DNA of 64,000 nt from an uncultured Bacteroidales bacterium (GCA_900317155.1 ONFO01000021.1:73865-137864); one strand, 5' to 3'. Counted from the first letter of the stretch, positions 9,563 through 17,558 are shown. The notes: a model not told the origin generated them from the letters alone. Program-made: numbers and translations.

Positions 9563-10030
9563 TCAGTATATCCTCATTACCCCTCTATTATCTGGTTCCG
9601 TATTCCATTGGACTTGCCAGCATCGACCGTCTATCTGGTCAAGTAGGATGAAGTTATACATGTTGTCGGTCGCATATAGAGTGAAGCGGCCACAGATAGG
9701 GTCATCAAAATACTCTGATATTCTTGGACTTGTATCAAGTGCTGTCTCAAACCTGTAATCACTTCCTTTTGTGCTAAACTGCACTTGCCAAATCTGGCCA
9801 GTCATTGTGTCCAATTTCAAGAATGTCCACATGTTCTGTGTCTTGAACAATTGGTATCTCGGCTCTCTCAATTGGTTCATATAGGCATCCATGTAATAAA
9901 ACATCAGCGTGTCCTTGGATGTAAGGTTAAGGTTCTTGAAGAAATCTTCTTCTTTGGATGTGGGCGATTGGGCATTTGCCGTAAAACCAATGCCGCATAC
10001 AATCATCAGTGTCATCAATAGTTTCTTCAT
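9563..10030 (-). CDS. Secreted 155-aa protein with an internal ~30-aa duplication (WQVQ repeats)
   Basis: Signal peptide MKKLLMTLMIVCGIGFTANA-QS. Two homologous segments: RYQLFKTQNMWTFLKLDTMTGQIWQVQFST and RFTLYATDNMYNFILLDQIDGRCWQVQWNT. Lies 28 and 33 nt from the neighbouring operon genes. Confidence 0.6.
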   Translation of the reverse strand: MKKLLMTLMIVCGIGFTANAQSPTSKEEDFFKNLNLTSKDTLMFYYMDAYMNQLREPRYQLFKTQNMWTFLKLDTMTGQIWQVQFSTKGSDYRFETALDTSPRISEYFDDPICGRFTLYATDNMYNFILLDQIDGRCWQVQWNTEPDNRGVMRIY

Positions 10031-10063
10031 AACATATCAGTTTTAATTGTTCCTTATGATTTT

Positions 10064-11035
10064 TTATTCTACACTCGCAATATAACTGGGCTTCATGTCG
10101 ATGGTCAGGGCGATAGATGTGTCATCCTCTGACACCCATGCTTTCTGGCTCTCGTCCCACAAGAACACGATAAGTTGAGGGGCTTTGACCGCATTGATGA
10201 CCACACATAGGCGATAGTTGTCTTTGTCGGCCATCATTTCGGAATGTTCGTTTTGCGTGATATGTACGCTAATGGTGCTTTGAGCAAGTCCCTTGGCTTC
10301 TAATTTCAATTTGATTTTCCCTTGCCATGCATCCAAATCCCAACCCAAGTTTTCCTTTTCTCTGGATTTCACTTTGTAGCCTTGCGCCTCGTATTGCTTG
10401 ATTACATAGTCAACGGCGGCTTCTTCAACCTGTTTCCTTGCCTCGGCATTGACTTGGATGGCGTGCTTTGACACATACTTTTTATCAGCAGAATAGTTCT
10501 CGATATAGTCGATAACCTTGTCTCTGAACTGGCGAACTTTCTTTTCGTCTGCATCAGCGTACCAGACATTTGACTGTCCAAGAAATCCCACTCCTTGGGA
10601 TTTCGCTCTCGGCACAAGAAATGTCCTTTTGTCCACAGGCAGCAAAACACCGTCTGAACTTTTGGCAACGATATTGTAAGTGTATTCCTTCCGCTCTTTC
10701 CTGTCGGATGATTGGAAGTCGGCGTACACGGTGGCATGATTGTACCAACCCACCACATAAGTACCGCTGCCTTTGGGTCTATTGGCAATCCATACTACCA
10801 GCACATCCTTCAGGCTTTCTTGGTCTGCCTTGCATCCTTTGTCGATGCGTTTCAAGTTGATTTTGCCAAACCTGACAGGCTGGACATAACCATAATACTT
10901 GCCTTTCAAATTCTGGAAATTGTAGGCTTCGTGCTTTTCTTCATTTCGATAGCTACCGCCGCCCACAATCATATCTTTGGCTGAATTGCCCTGATAATGG
11001 GTCATCCATCCGATGTTTGCAAACAAAACTCTCAT
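10064..11035 (-). CDS. Putative nuclease: unassigned ~190-aa N-terminal domain plus C-terminal DUF3883-type (PD-(D/E)xK restriction-endonuclease-like) domain
   Basis: The C-terminus AVDYVIKQYEAQGYKVKSREKENLGWDLDAWQGKIKLKLEAKG...NYRLCVV matches the DUF3883 D...ExK pattern. The start overlaps the hsdS stop by 4 nt. Confidence 0.7.
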   Translation of the reverse strand: MRVLFANIGWMTHYQGNSAKDMIVGGGSYRNEEKHEAYNFQNLKGKYYGYVQPVRFGKINLKRIDKGCKADQESLKDVLVVWIANRPKGSGTYVVGWYNHATVYADFQSSDRKERKEYTYNIVAKSSDGVLLPVDKRTFLVPRAKSQGVGFLGQSNVWYADADEKKVRQFRDKVIDYIENYSADKKYVSKHAIQVNAEARKQVEEAAVDYVIKQYEAQGYKVKSREKENLGWDLDAWQGKIKLKLEAKGLAQSTISVHITQNEHSEMMADKDNYRLCVVINAVKAPQLIVFLWDESQKAWVSEDDTSIALTIDMKPSYIASVE

Positions 11036-12333
11036 ACGACCTCCTTTTTGCCCGTGATATATTCGTATATGATTGATTTCTTGTAGTCTTTCAATTCCTC
11101 TATCTTCTGCTGCTTAATGGCTATCATGGCATCAATATCAGAACATTTACTGTCAAGATAATTTCCAATTGCCTTTTGCTCTTCAATTGGTGGAACTATT
11201 ACGGATGTTGAACCAAGAAGCCTTTGGGGAACACTAAACACTTTGACCCCATTGACCACAGAACGAATTTGTATTCTCCAACAATCAGTTTTGAACAAAT
11301 AACTAAAGTAATTGTTGGGATTATCATTCAGATATTTGGCTATGATTGTGTGATAACCAGCGAACATGGTAATGTCTCGGTCGATATAAATGCAGTTTCC
11401 GCAACCATCCAAATCCTCTGATGTGTCAGCAAATATTAAATCACCGACTTTTACGAGTGATGAAGCGTTTCCTTCAAGGTAATAATCAGGAACAAACCGT
11501 ATCAATTCATCTTTAATGGCTGTGCCTGTGTTTGACTTGGAATGTATCTGGCCATAACTAATTACTGGAATACCTTTCTGCACCAAATCAGCCTTGGTAA
11601 TTGAAAGTCCTTTTCCAAGTTCATACAATTGCTTGAAAGGCTCGACCTCCCATCCTTCAGGTATTTTCCCAATCCATTCAACACCGCTGTCTTTCATTTC
11701 GACATCAGGGTTCAAGCCTTTGCAAACGGCCTCGGTAATAATGGCTTGCTTGTAGGCTTTCAGTTCCTCAATAATTTTTTCCTGCAATGACACCATTTCG
11801 TCAACCTCGCCACATTTCTGGTCAAGGAAATCGGCTATGCGCTGCTGCTCTTTTGATGGAGGTAAAATAAACTCAAGTTCTGATATTTTATTCCACCTTA
11901 AATCGCAACTACGCTCCCTAATGCCTGTCGCCAGAGCAACAAAAACATTGGTCATGGCTAAAGAACGAAGATAATAAACAACATATTCAGGTATTGCATC
12001 ATATTTCGGGGAGCATACGATTAGAACAGGAGAACCTTTGCCTGTTGATTTTGAAACACCCATCGCACCAGCAAAACCATCCATCCCATGAATTACAATA
12101 TCTCCTTTGTTTATTCCTTGATAACCGATTTCTTTATCCGACATTGTAAAGCCGTCAGTCCTTCTTTCACTACGAAGAACAACTTCGCCATCACGAAAAC
12201 AGGTTATTACTTCATCGTCTTCTCTAACAGGACGTTTGTGAAGTAATAACACATTCTTGCCTCGTTCAACATTCCACTGTTCTGGAATAGCTTTTAACCA
12301 CGGGATGCCGCTGTCTTTCATTTGTCTGCTCAT
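11032..12333 (-). CDS. hsdS: Type I R-M specificity subunit
   Basis: Two target-recognition halves that each open with KDSG(I/V)xW(L/I)xxIPExWxVE. Two conserved helical spacers (LPPSKEQQRIADFLDQKC..., VPPIEEQKAIGNYLDSKC...). 4-nt overlaps with both neighbours. Confidence 0.9.
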   Translation of the reverse strand: MSRQMKDSGIPWLKAIPEQWNVERGKNVLLLHKRPVREDDEVITCFRDGEVVLRSERRTDGFTMSDKEIGYQGINKGDIVIHGMDGFAGAMGVSKSTGKGSPVLIVCSPKYDAIPEYVVYYLRSLAMTNVFVALATGIRERSCDLRWNKISELEFILPPSKEQQRIADFLDQKCGEVDEMVSLQEKIIEELKAYKQAIITEAVCKGLNPDVEMKDSGVEWIGKIPEGWEVEPFKQLYELGKGLSITKADLVQKGIPVISYGQIHSKSNTGTAIKDELIRFVPDYYLEGNASSLVKVGDLIFADTSEDLDGCGNCIYIDRDITMFAGYHTIIAKYLNDNPNNYFSYLFKTDCWRIQIRSVVNGVKVFSVPQRLLGSTSVIVPPIEEQKAIGNYLDSKCSDIDAMIAIKQQKIEELKDYKKSIIYEYITGKKEVV

Positions 12334-14096
12334 CTTCCCATGATTTTGGCCATTAACGCTGCTTCCTGTTTGTCAAGCTCCTGAAGGTGGCTGTAGATGT
12401 CATCACTCTTCCGTGGCTCAACATACTTGTAGAACTCACGGGTGAAGGGTATTTCATAGCCTATCTTGCTCTTGTTGGTGTCAATCCAAGCATCTGGAGC
12501 GTATGGCAGTACATTCTTTTCCATGTAGGCATCAATGTCTTCCTTGAACGGTATGCTTTCCGTATCACGGCGGCTGCTGTCAGGCTGGGGCTTGCCTTTC
12601 TTCAAGATGGGCTTGCCAGCCTCGTCAAGCAATGGTCGTTCAACAACGACCTTGGTATATTTGAAGTCCTCGTTGTCCTTCACTTTGCTTTCAACAATCA
12701 GGTCGCCATCAGTGAAAACACCATCCTTGAAGGCGTTGTAGGCTTCCACCACCAGACGGATGCAATCTTCCGAAAACTCGTTGCGCTTGTTGCCTATGGG
12801 TTTACGGCGTTTCACACAGCATTTGGAGGCATCAATCAGTTGCACCTTGCCAGCCCGTTCAACGGCCTTGTCCTTGCTGACCAGCCAGATATAGGTGGCT
12901 ATGCCAGTGTTGTAGAACATATCGTTAGGCATTTGAACGATGGCCTCCAGCCAGTCGTTTTCAATCAACTCGCCACGGATTTCGCTCTCGCCGCTCCCAG
13001 CATCGCCCTTGAACAATGGCGAACCGTTCTGGATGATGGCCATTCGGCCAGTTTCCTTCAACTTGGCCGTGCCATTCATCACAAAGAGCTGCTGGCTGTC
13101 GCCGATGGCTGGAAGCCCAGCACCGAAACGCCCAGCCTTGCCCTGCTTGTGTTCCTTCTCGACATCGGCCTTTTCGTTCTTCCATTCGATGCCAAAAGGC
13201 GGATTGCTGATGATGTAGTCGAACAGATAGCCTTCAAACTTGTCATCGTTCAATGTGTTTCCGTATCTCATATTGTCGGCATTGCCGCCCTTGATAAGCA
13301 TATTGGCCTTGGCAATGGCAAAGGTCTGTTCGTTCAACTCTTGTCCAAACTCGGTAAGGCTGGCCTCTGGGTCGATGGCCTTCAGTCGCTCGTCCATGCA
13401 GTCAAGCATCTGTGAGGTTCCCATCGTCATATCATAGATGGAGGCCGTGATACCGTCTTTCTTAATGCGCTCACGGTCTGGAGCAATAAGCAACTCCACC
13501 ATCAAATAAATGATGTCTCTGGCCGTGAAATGCGCTCCTGCCTGTTCGTCATAGCTTTCAGAAAACTTTCTTACCAGCTCTTCAAATATGTAGCCCATAT
13601 CAACGGCACTGATTTCATCGGCTCCCATATACGCCTTCTTGCTGCAAAACTCTTGGATGACATTATAGAGGATGCCATGATTGCCCAATTTGGTGATTTC
13701 CTTATCGAAGTCGAACTTTTCAATGATGTCGATGACATTGTTGGAAAAGTGGTTCAGGTAGCTACGGAAGTTGTCGGTCAGGTTCTCTGCATCGCTCAAC
13801 AAGCCTTCAAAGGTAAATGGCGAAGTGTTGTAGAAGTCGAAGCCAGAGGCGGTTTTCAGAAAACCATCCTTGACCTTAACACCTCGTTTGTCAAGCGTCT
13901 TGTCCATGTCGATGACCTTTTGCTTGGTCTCGGCCAGCGTGTCGCTAAAACGCTTGATGACACACATAGGCAAAATGACATTGCCATACTCATGTGGCTT
14001 ATATGTTCCAACCAGTTTGTCTGCAATTGCCCAGATAAGGTTGGCTTTTTCTTGTATGTTGACGGTTGTCCTTCTGCTTAAAACATCGGTTTGCAT
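12330..14096 (-). CDS. hsdM: Type I R-M N6-adenine DNA methyltransferase subunit
   Basis: 588 aa with an HsdM N-terminal domain. Catalytic motif IV is IISNPPFG, and the AdoMet region is D.TMGT. Confidence 0.95.
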   Translation of the reverse strand: MQTDVLSRRTTVNIQEKANLIWAIADKLVGTYKPHEYGNVILPMCVIKRFSDTLAETKQKVIDMDKTLDKRGVKVKDGFLKTASGFDFYNTSPFTFEGLLSDAENLTDNFRSYLNHFSNNVIDIIEKFDFDKEITKLGNHGILYNVIQEFCSKKAYMGADEISAVDMGYIFEELVRKFSESYDEQAGAHFTARDIIYLMVELLIAPDRERIKKDGITASIYDMTMGTSQMLDCMDERLKAIDPEASLTEFGQELNEQTFAIAKANMLIKGGNADNMRYGNTLNDDKFEGYLFDYIISNPPFGIEWKNEKADVEKEHKQGKAGRFGAGLPAIGDSQQLFVMNGTAKLKETGRMAIIQNGSPLFKGDAGSGESEIRGELIENDWLEAIVQMPNDMFYNTGIATYIWLVSKDKAVERAGKVQLIDASKCCVKRRKPIGNKRNEFSEDCIRLVVEAYNAFKDGVFTDGDLIVESKVKDNEDFKYTKVVVERPLLDEAGKPILKKGKPQPDSSRRDTESIPFKEDIDAYMEKNVLPYAPDAWIDTNKSKIGYEIPFTREFYKYVEPRKSDDIYSHLQELDKQEAALMAKIMGR

Positions 14097-14155
14097 TGTA
14101 TCTCTTTTAATATCTCGACCACCAAAACTGTTATTTCTTGGTAGTTATCATGCTC

Positions 14156-14163
14156 CAAAAATA
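14156..14163 (-). promoter_or_regulatory. Bacteroides-type -7 promoter box (TATTTTTG on the minus strand) for the hsdM operon
   Basis: Matches the TAnnTTTG consensus, ~60 nt upstream of the hsdM ATG (14096). Confidence 0.55.
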
Positions 14164-14259
14164 CGAATAATTTCAACCCGAAATAAAATGATAAATAGAT
14201 TTTTTCTCGTATCAAATAAAAATATCATTTTTGGGTAGTTATAAATCCATGATTTTTTG

Positions 14260-14267
14260 TATCTTTG
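14260..14267 (+). promoter_or_regulatory. -7 promoter box TATCTTTG for the recombinase gene
   Basis: TAnnTTTG, 25 nt upstream of ATG 14292. Divergent from the hsdM promoter. Confidence 0.55.
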
Positions 14268-14291
14268 CAGCGTGATTAAAACGTGGTAGAT

Positions 14292-14924
14292 ATGAAAAAC
14301 ACAGTTTTACTTTGTAGATGCTCAACGAACAGGCAGGACTACAATCGCCAGATTGACGAATTGACCGATTATTGCGAAAAGAACAATTGGAACATCCTGA
14401 AGGTTTTCGCCAACAAAGTCAGTGGCGCAAAGAAGCTTGAAGAAAGGCCAGAAATCCAAGAAATGATTTCGTTTGTCAAGAACAATCAGGTGGACATGGT
14501 GGTGGTGCTTTCCATCGACCGCCTTGGGAGAAACACACTTGAAGCATTGAAACTCATTCAGCTACTCAACGAGAACCATATTGCGCTTTATGTCAAGAAC
14601 TACAATCTTTGCACCCTCGATGAAAATGGCAAGCCCAATCCAGTAGCCAGCCTTATTTCGACAATCCTACTTGAAGTCGCCCAGATGGAAAGATTGACCA
14701 TTGCAGAACGCATGGAAAGTGGTAGGAATAGATATATCAAGATTTGTAAGGAAGAAGGCATCAAAATGGGAAGGCCATCCACTTACAGGAAAAGTGATGA
14801 CAAGTATAAAGAGCAATATTCCAAGGAAATTTCATTGCTCCGCAAGAATATCAGCCTCCGCAACGTCCAGAAGCTCACAGGCACATCCGTTGGGACATTG
14901 AGGAAATTGCAGAAATTTGTGTAG
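14292..14924 (+). CDS. Serine recombinase (resolvase/invertase family) with C-terminal HTH
   Basis: Catalytic-serine region VLLCRCSTNRQD, plus SIDRLGRN and AQMERLTIAERMESGR motifs, and a C-terminal HTH (NVQKLTGTSVGTLRKL). I moved the start from the track's GTG at 14283 to ATG 14292 because of the promoter position. Confidence 0.85.
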   Translation: MKNTVLLCRCSTNRQDYNRQIDELTDYCEKNNWNILKVFANKVSGAKKLEERPEIQEMISFVKNNQVDMVVVLSIDRLGRNTLEALKLIQLLNENHIALYVKNYNLCTLDENGKPNPVASLISTILLEVAQMERLTIAERMESGRNRYIKICKEEGIKMGRPSTYRKSDDKYKEQYSKEISLLRKNISLRNVQKLTGTSVGTLRKLQKFV

Positions 14925-14962
14925 CTACCAACCAAAACAATATAAAGATTATGAAAAGAGAA

Positions 14963-14997
14963 AACGCTCGGCCATTACGGTCGGGCGTTTCTCATTC
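14963..14997 (+). terminator. Intrinsic terminator of the recombinase gene
   Basis: aacgctcggcc-attac-ggtcgggcgtt forms an 11-bp stem (including 2 G-U pairs that exist only on the plus strand), followed by a T-rich tail. Confidence 0.55.
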
Positions 14998-15034
14998 ACA
15001 AAGTTGATGGTACAATTTATCATTTTGTTATAAG

Positions 15035-15106
15035 ATGACACACTTGGTATATTCCCAGAATGTATCAGTAGATTTTAAAATGTATCAAACTTAAAATGAC
15101 ACACTT
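15035..15106. repeat. Nested direct repeats in the order A-B-B-A (A = ATGACACACTT, B = AATGTATCA)
   Basis: A at 15035-15045 and 15096-15106. B at 15059-15067 and 15079-15087 (20-bp spacing). Located in the convergent gap just after the recombinase terminator. Confidence 0.7.
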
Positions 15107-15143
15107 TTCTATTGAGATATACGCTATTGCGTACATTTTTGGG

Positions 15144-15473
15144 TTAGGCCACCAATCGGATGTCCTCTATTAGTTCTGACCCGATAATATCATTAGTAAT
15201 AAGCTCAATTATATCAGGTTCTAATTCATCGTAATATTCTTCTATGTGAGAAGAAAGACATGCTGCTATCAGATTGATTGTGGATAGAAATTGGTCGGTC
15301 GATACTTGTTCACTACTCATAAGCTGACATAAAGTAAATACTTGGCGTTTTGCAAAATCACAAACATCACTCTCGTAAATATCATCAATGATTTCATACA
15401 CTTCTTCTGCGCTGGTCGCTACGCTATTCTGGCCATCTTCAAATTTTTCATTCATGGTTTTAAAATTTTCCAT
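15144..15473 (-). CDS. Hypothetical, strongly acidic 109-aa protein
   Basis: ATG ORF rich in Asp/Glu (EEVYEIIDDIYESD, EEYYDELEPDIIELITNDIIGSELIED). No family recognised. Confidence 0.45.
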   Translation of the reverse strand: MENFKTMNEKFEDGQNSVATSAEEVYEIIDDIYESDVCDFAKRQVFTLCQLMSSEQVSTDQFLSTINLIAACLSSHIEEYYDELEPDIIELITNDIIGSELIEDIRLVA

Positions 15474-15703
15474 TTCTTATAAATTTTAATTCGATTTCAA
15501 ATTTTAGCGCAAGCTATCGCAAGGCATCATCAGATGTCTTTTTGTGAGTGCGATAAATGATGGGTAGTGTCTGAAAGGTCTGGGTGTTATTTCAGCTCTA
15601 TCATCTTCCATCCCCTTAACCTTCGTTTCAAATATACAAACAATTTTCGTAAAAAGCAAAAATTGCTATGAAAAAAATTGATATTTTTTACACACCTGTT
15701 TTA

Positions 15704-15748
15704 TAAATAAAAAGACCCAGCGGCCTTTTAACTATGGTCGTGGGTCTT
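15704..15748 (-). terminator. Intrinsic terminator after the NUMOD3-like gene
   Basis: 8-bp stem AAGACCCA/TGGGTCTT (15712-15719 / 15741-15748) with a T-run on the minus strand (A-run 15706-15713 on plus). The loop is large (~21 nt), so confidence is moderate. Confidence 0.45.
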
Positions 15749-15777
15749 CTGAAGGGGAACGAGTTACTAACTATTAC

Positions 15778-15945
15778 CTAAACTTCGTATTTAGATTTTA
15801 CGGTTGACCAATAACTCTTTAAGCTGTCGGCAATAGCTTTACGATGGCTGGTTGATAACTGTCTGCCCTTCAGCGATTTTGAAATCTTGCTTTTGGTCTC
15901 TTCTGATAGTTCTCGGTACTGTCTTTTGTATTGCTGTTTCTTCAT
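15778..15945 (-). CDS. 55-aa basic protein with two NUMOD3-like DNA-binding motifs
   Basis: MKKQQYKRQYRELSEETKSKISKSLKGRQLSTSHRKAIADSLKSYW. Both LSEETKSKISKSLKG and LSTSHRKAIADSLKS resemble the NUMOD3 motif of homing endonucleases. The longer track ORF (to 16119) runs through promoter-like DNA, so I chose the internal ATG at 15945. Confidence 0.35.
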   Translation of the reverse strand: MKKQQYKRQYRELSEETKSKISKSLKGRQLSTSHRKAIADSLKSYWSTVKSKYEV

Positions 15946-16076
15946 GGGTAAAGTTTTGTAATTCAAATTATTATTCAAGTTATTACTGGATTTATCCATA
16001 AATAGGAGATAGGAACAAAAAAGATGCTGGGAAAAGTAAGTATTCGGAACCTGTTGCGGCGAAAACAGAATTGCGG

Positions 16077-16084
16077 TATCTTTG
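16077..16084 (+). promoter_or_regulatory. -7 promoter box TATCTTTG
   Basis: TAnnTTTG, ~107 nt upstream of ATG 16191. Confidence 0.45.
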
Positions 16085-16190
16085 CACCGCAATAAAACAT
16101 CAAGAGTGTCAGTAGGCACACCAACCGAGTTAGAGTTATACTACGGTGGTAAAATGATGTGAGTTAGGAACTTAACTAAAACTATAACTT

Positions 16191-16895
16191 ATGCAATACG
16201 ACAGAATTGTTTTGAATGAACCTCACGCCTCTATTGAAGGCTTGTTTGATAAAAAATTGAGCGGATGGAGCATTGATGACCGCTTCCTTAACGAAATAGT
16301 GTTCCCATTAACTGACTGGCACACAGATTACTTGTTTCATGGTTTCAGTCACCCAAACATTAAGACGGTGCGTTTCCCATTTTCACGTTTCATCGTGGAT
16401 GCAGAACGCCTGTGGAACGACCCGATGGAACGTATAGGGCAAGGTGTCATTTATCGTTATTTTGGTGATTATCAACGCATACTGACCAAACGGCAAGAAT
16501 GGTCTTTAGGTTCTCTCTGGACAAAACACCAGAATAATCTAAAGAAAAATCTATGCGAAAATGCTCTTTTGCTGGATTGCCATTCGTTCCCAGAAGACAT
16601 GGGCGATGTTGACATCTGTATCGGATTTAATGACGACTGGTCGAGGCCGAATATGAAATTATTGAGTTATACCTTCAACCTTTTTAAAGATAACGGCTAT
16701 ACCATCGGCATCAACTATCCATATAGCAATTCAGAGGCTCCAGAATGTCCGTTTAAGTACCAATCCATGATGATTGAGATAAACAAAAGGGTGTACCTTG
16801 AACGGCGGTCTATATACTTGAAAACACATCACGAACAGAAGAAAAGTATTCGTGAAGTTATCGGCCAGCTAATTGAAACTCTGGTTAATTCTTAA
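16191..16895 (+). CDS. N-formylglutamate amidohydrolase (FGase) family hydrolase
   Basis: LNEPHAS...TDWHTDYLF...RFIVDAERL...LLDCHSFP pattern typical of the FGase family. Monocistronic, with its own promoter and terminator. Confidence 0.65.
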   Translation: MQYDRIVLNEPHASIEGLFDKKLSGWSIDDRFLNEIVFPLTDWHTDYLFHGFSHPNIKTVRFPFSRFIVDAERLWNDPMERIGQGVIYRYFGDYQRILTKRQEWSLGSLWTKHQNNLKKNLCENALLLDCHSFPEDMGDVDICIGFNDDWSRPNMKLLSYTFNLFKDNGYTIGINYPYSNSEAPECPFKYQSMMIEINKRVYLERRSIYLKTHHEQKKSIREVIGQLIETLVNS

Positions 16896-16907
16896 TTGGA
16901 ATAAAAT

Positions 16908-16929
16908 CTATCAGATTGTGATAGTTTTT
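16908..16929 (+). terminator. Small intrinsic terminator after the FGase-family gene
   Basis: CTATCA-gattg-TGATAG followed by TTTTT. Confidence 0.45.
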
Positions 16930-17430
16930 ACATGGGAAAATTTTTTCGATGTAGGTACTACTTTGGGATTTTAGGCCACCCCCTTGAAAAAATCCAAAAT
17001 TCTGGAGAAAATTTTCGGAAGCAACTGTTTGGCCTAAAGGTAAAATGCTGGGTCATGGGTAGGCGGAGAGGGGGATAACACCGCCACCCAGATGCCAGCC
17101 CGTATTGGGCTGGCAAAAAAATCGCCAGAGAATTTTCATTTCTGATGGTTTCTTACATAAAATCGACAATGTGATTTGCCAAGAAATTATTTGCTTGCAC
17201 GGCCACCTTTTGATGGAAATGCAACCTTTGGAACCACATTAATATATTAATAAGGAGCTGGGATTTGTGTTTTTATGGGCTGGCCAATGGACTGGTCATT
17301 TAATTCAAATCATATCATTAAAGTCATACATAGAAAAATGACGATTGTTGATATTCAAATCAGTAATCCCAAATAATACGTATGAATATGGCTGTTTTTC
17401 TGATGGATGCTTGTAATAAATAGGAAAATA

Positions 17431-17451
17431 AACTTGGGTATAACTTGGGTA
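17431..17451. repeat. Tandem direct repeat AACTTGGGTA x2 (11-bp period)
   Basis: Read directly: aacttgggta t aacttgggta. Confidence 0.8.
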
Positions 17452-17526
17452 ATATTGGAAAATTATAATCTAAATTGTTGATAATCAATATTTATGGATA
17501 ATCTTCAACGAGGATGAGTATTAATC

Positions 17527-17546
17527 TGATAATCAAATGATTATCA
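17527..17546. repeat. Perfect 9-bp inverted repeat TGATAATCA-aa-TGATTATCA (operator-like palindrome). A third copy, TGATAATCAA, is at 17479-17488.
   Basis: Read directly from the sequence. Confidence 0.8.
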
Positions 17547-17558
17547 AAGAAACTAAAG

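Noticed and set aside
12387-13415. 342-aa plus-strand ORF inside hsdM, plus smaller ones at 13530..14081 and 13870..14238
   Set aside because: It lies entirely antisense to a gene with unambiguous HsdM motifs. The translation is low-complexity (Leu/Val/Ala/Gly-rich) with no motif. This is a typical shadow ORF.
14097-14291. Possible invertible promoter or phase-variable hsdS shufflon controlled by the adjacent serine recombinase
   Set aside because: There is only one hsdS gene and no silent hsdS cassette. The only inverted repeat flanking the hsdM promoter box is a 6-bp ATACGA/TCGTAT pair, which is not significant in AT-rich DNA. The direct repeat GGTAGTTAT (14141 and 14234) does not support inversion.
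2470-16092. Identical 12-mer TTTGCACCGCAA at 2470-2481 and 16081-16092, as a possible dispersed repeat or island end
   Set aside because: Both copies begin inside a -7 promoter-type box. Similar TTTGC(A/C)(C/G)CGCAA strings follow other promoter boxes (for example at 58386). This is most simply explained as shared promoter or initial-transcribed-region composition.
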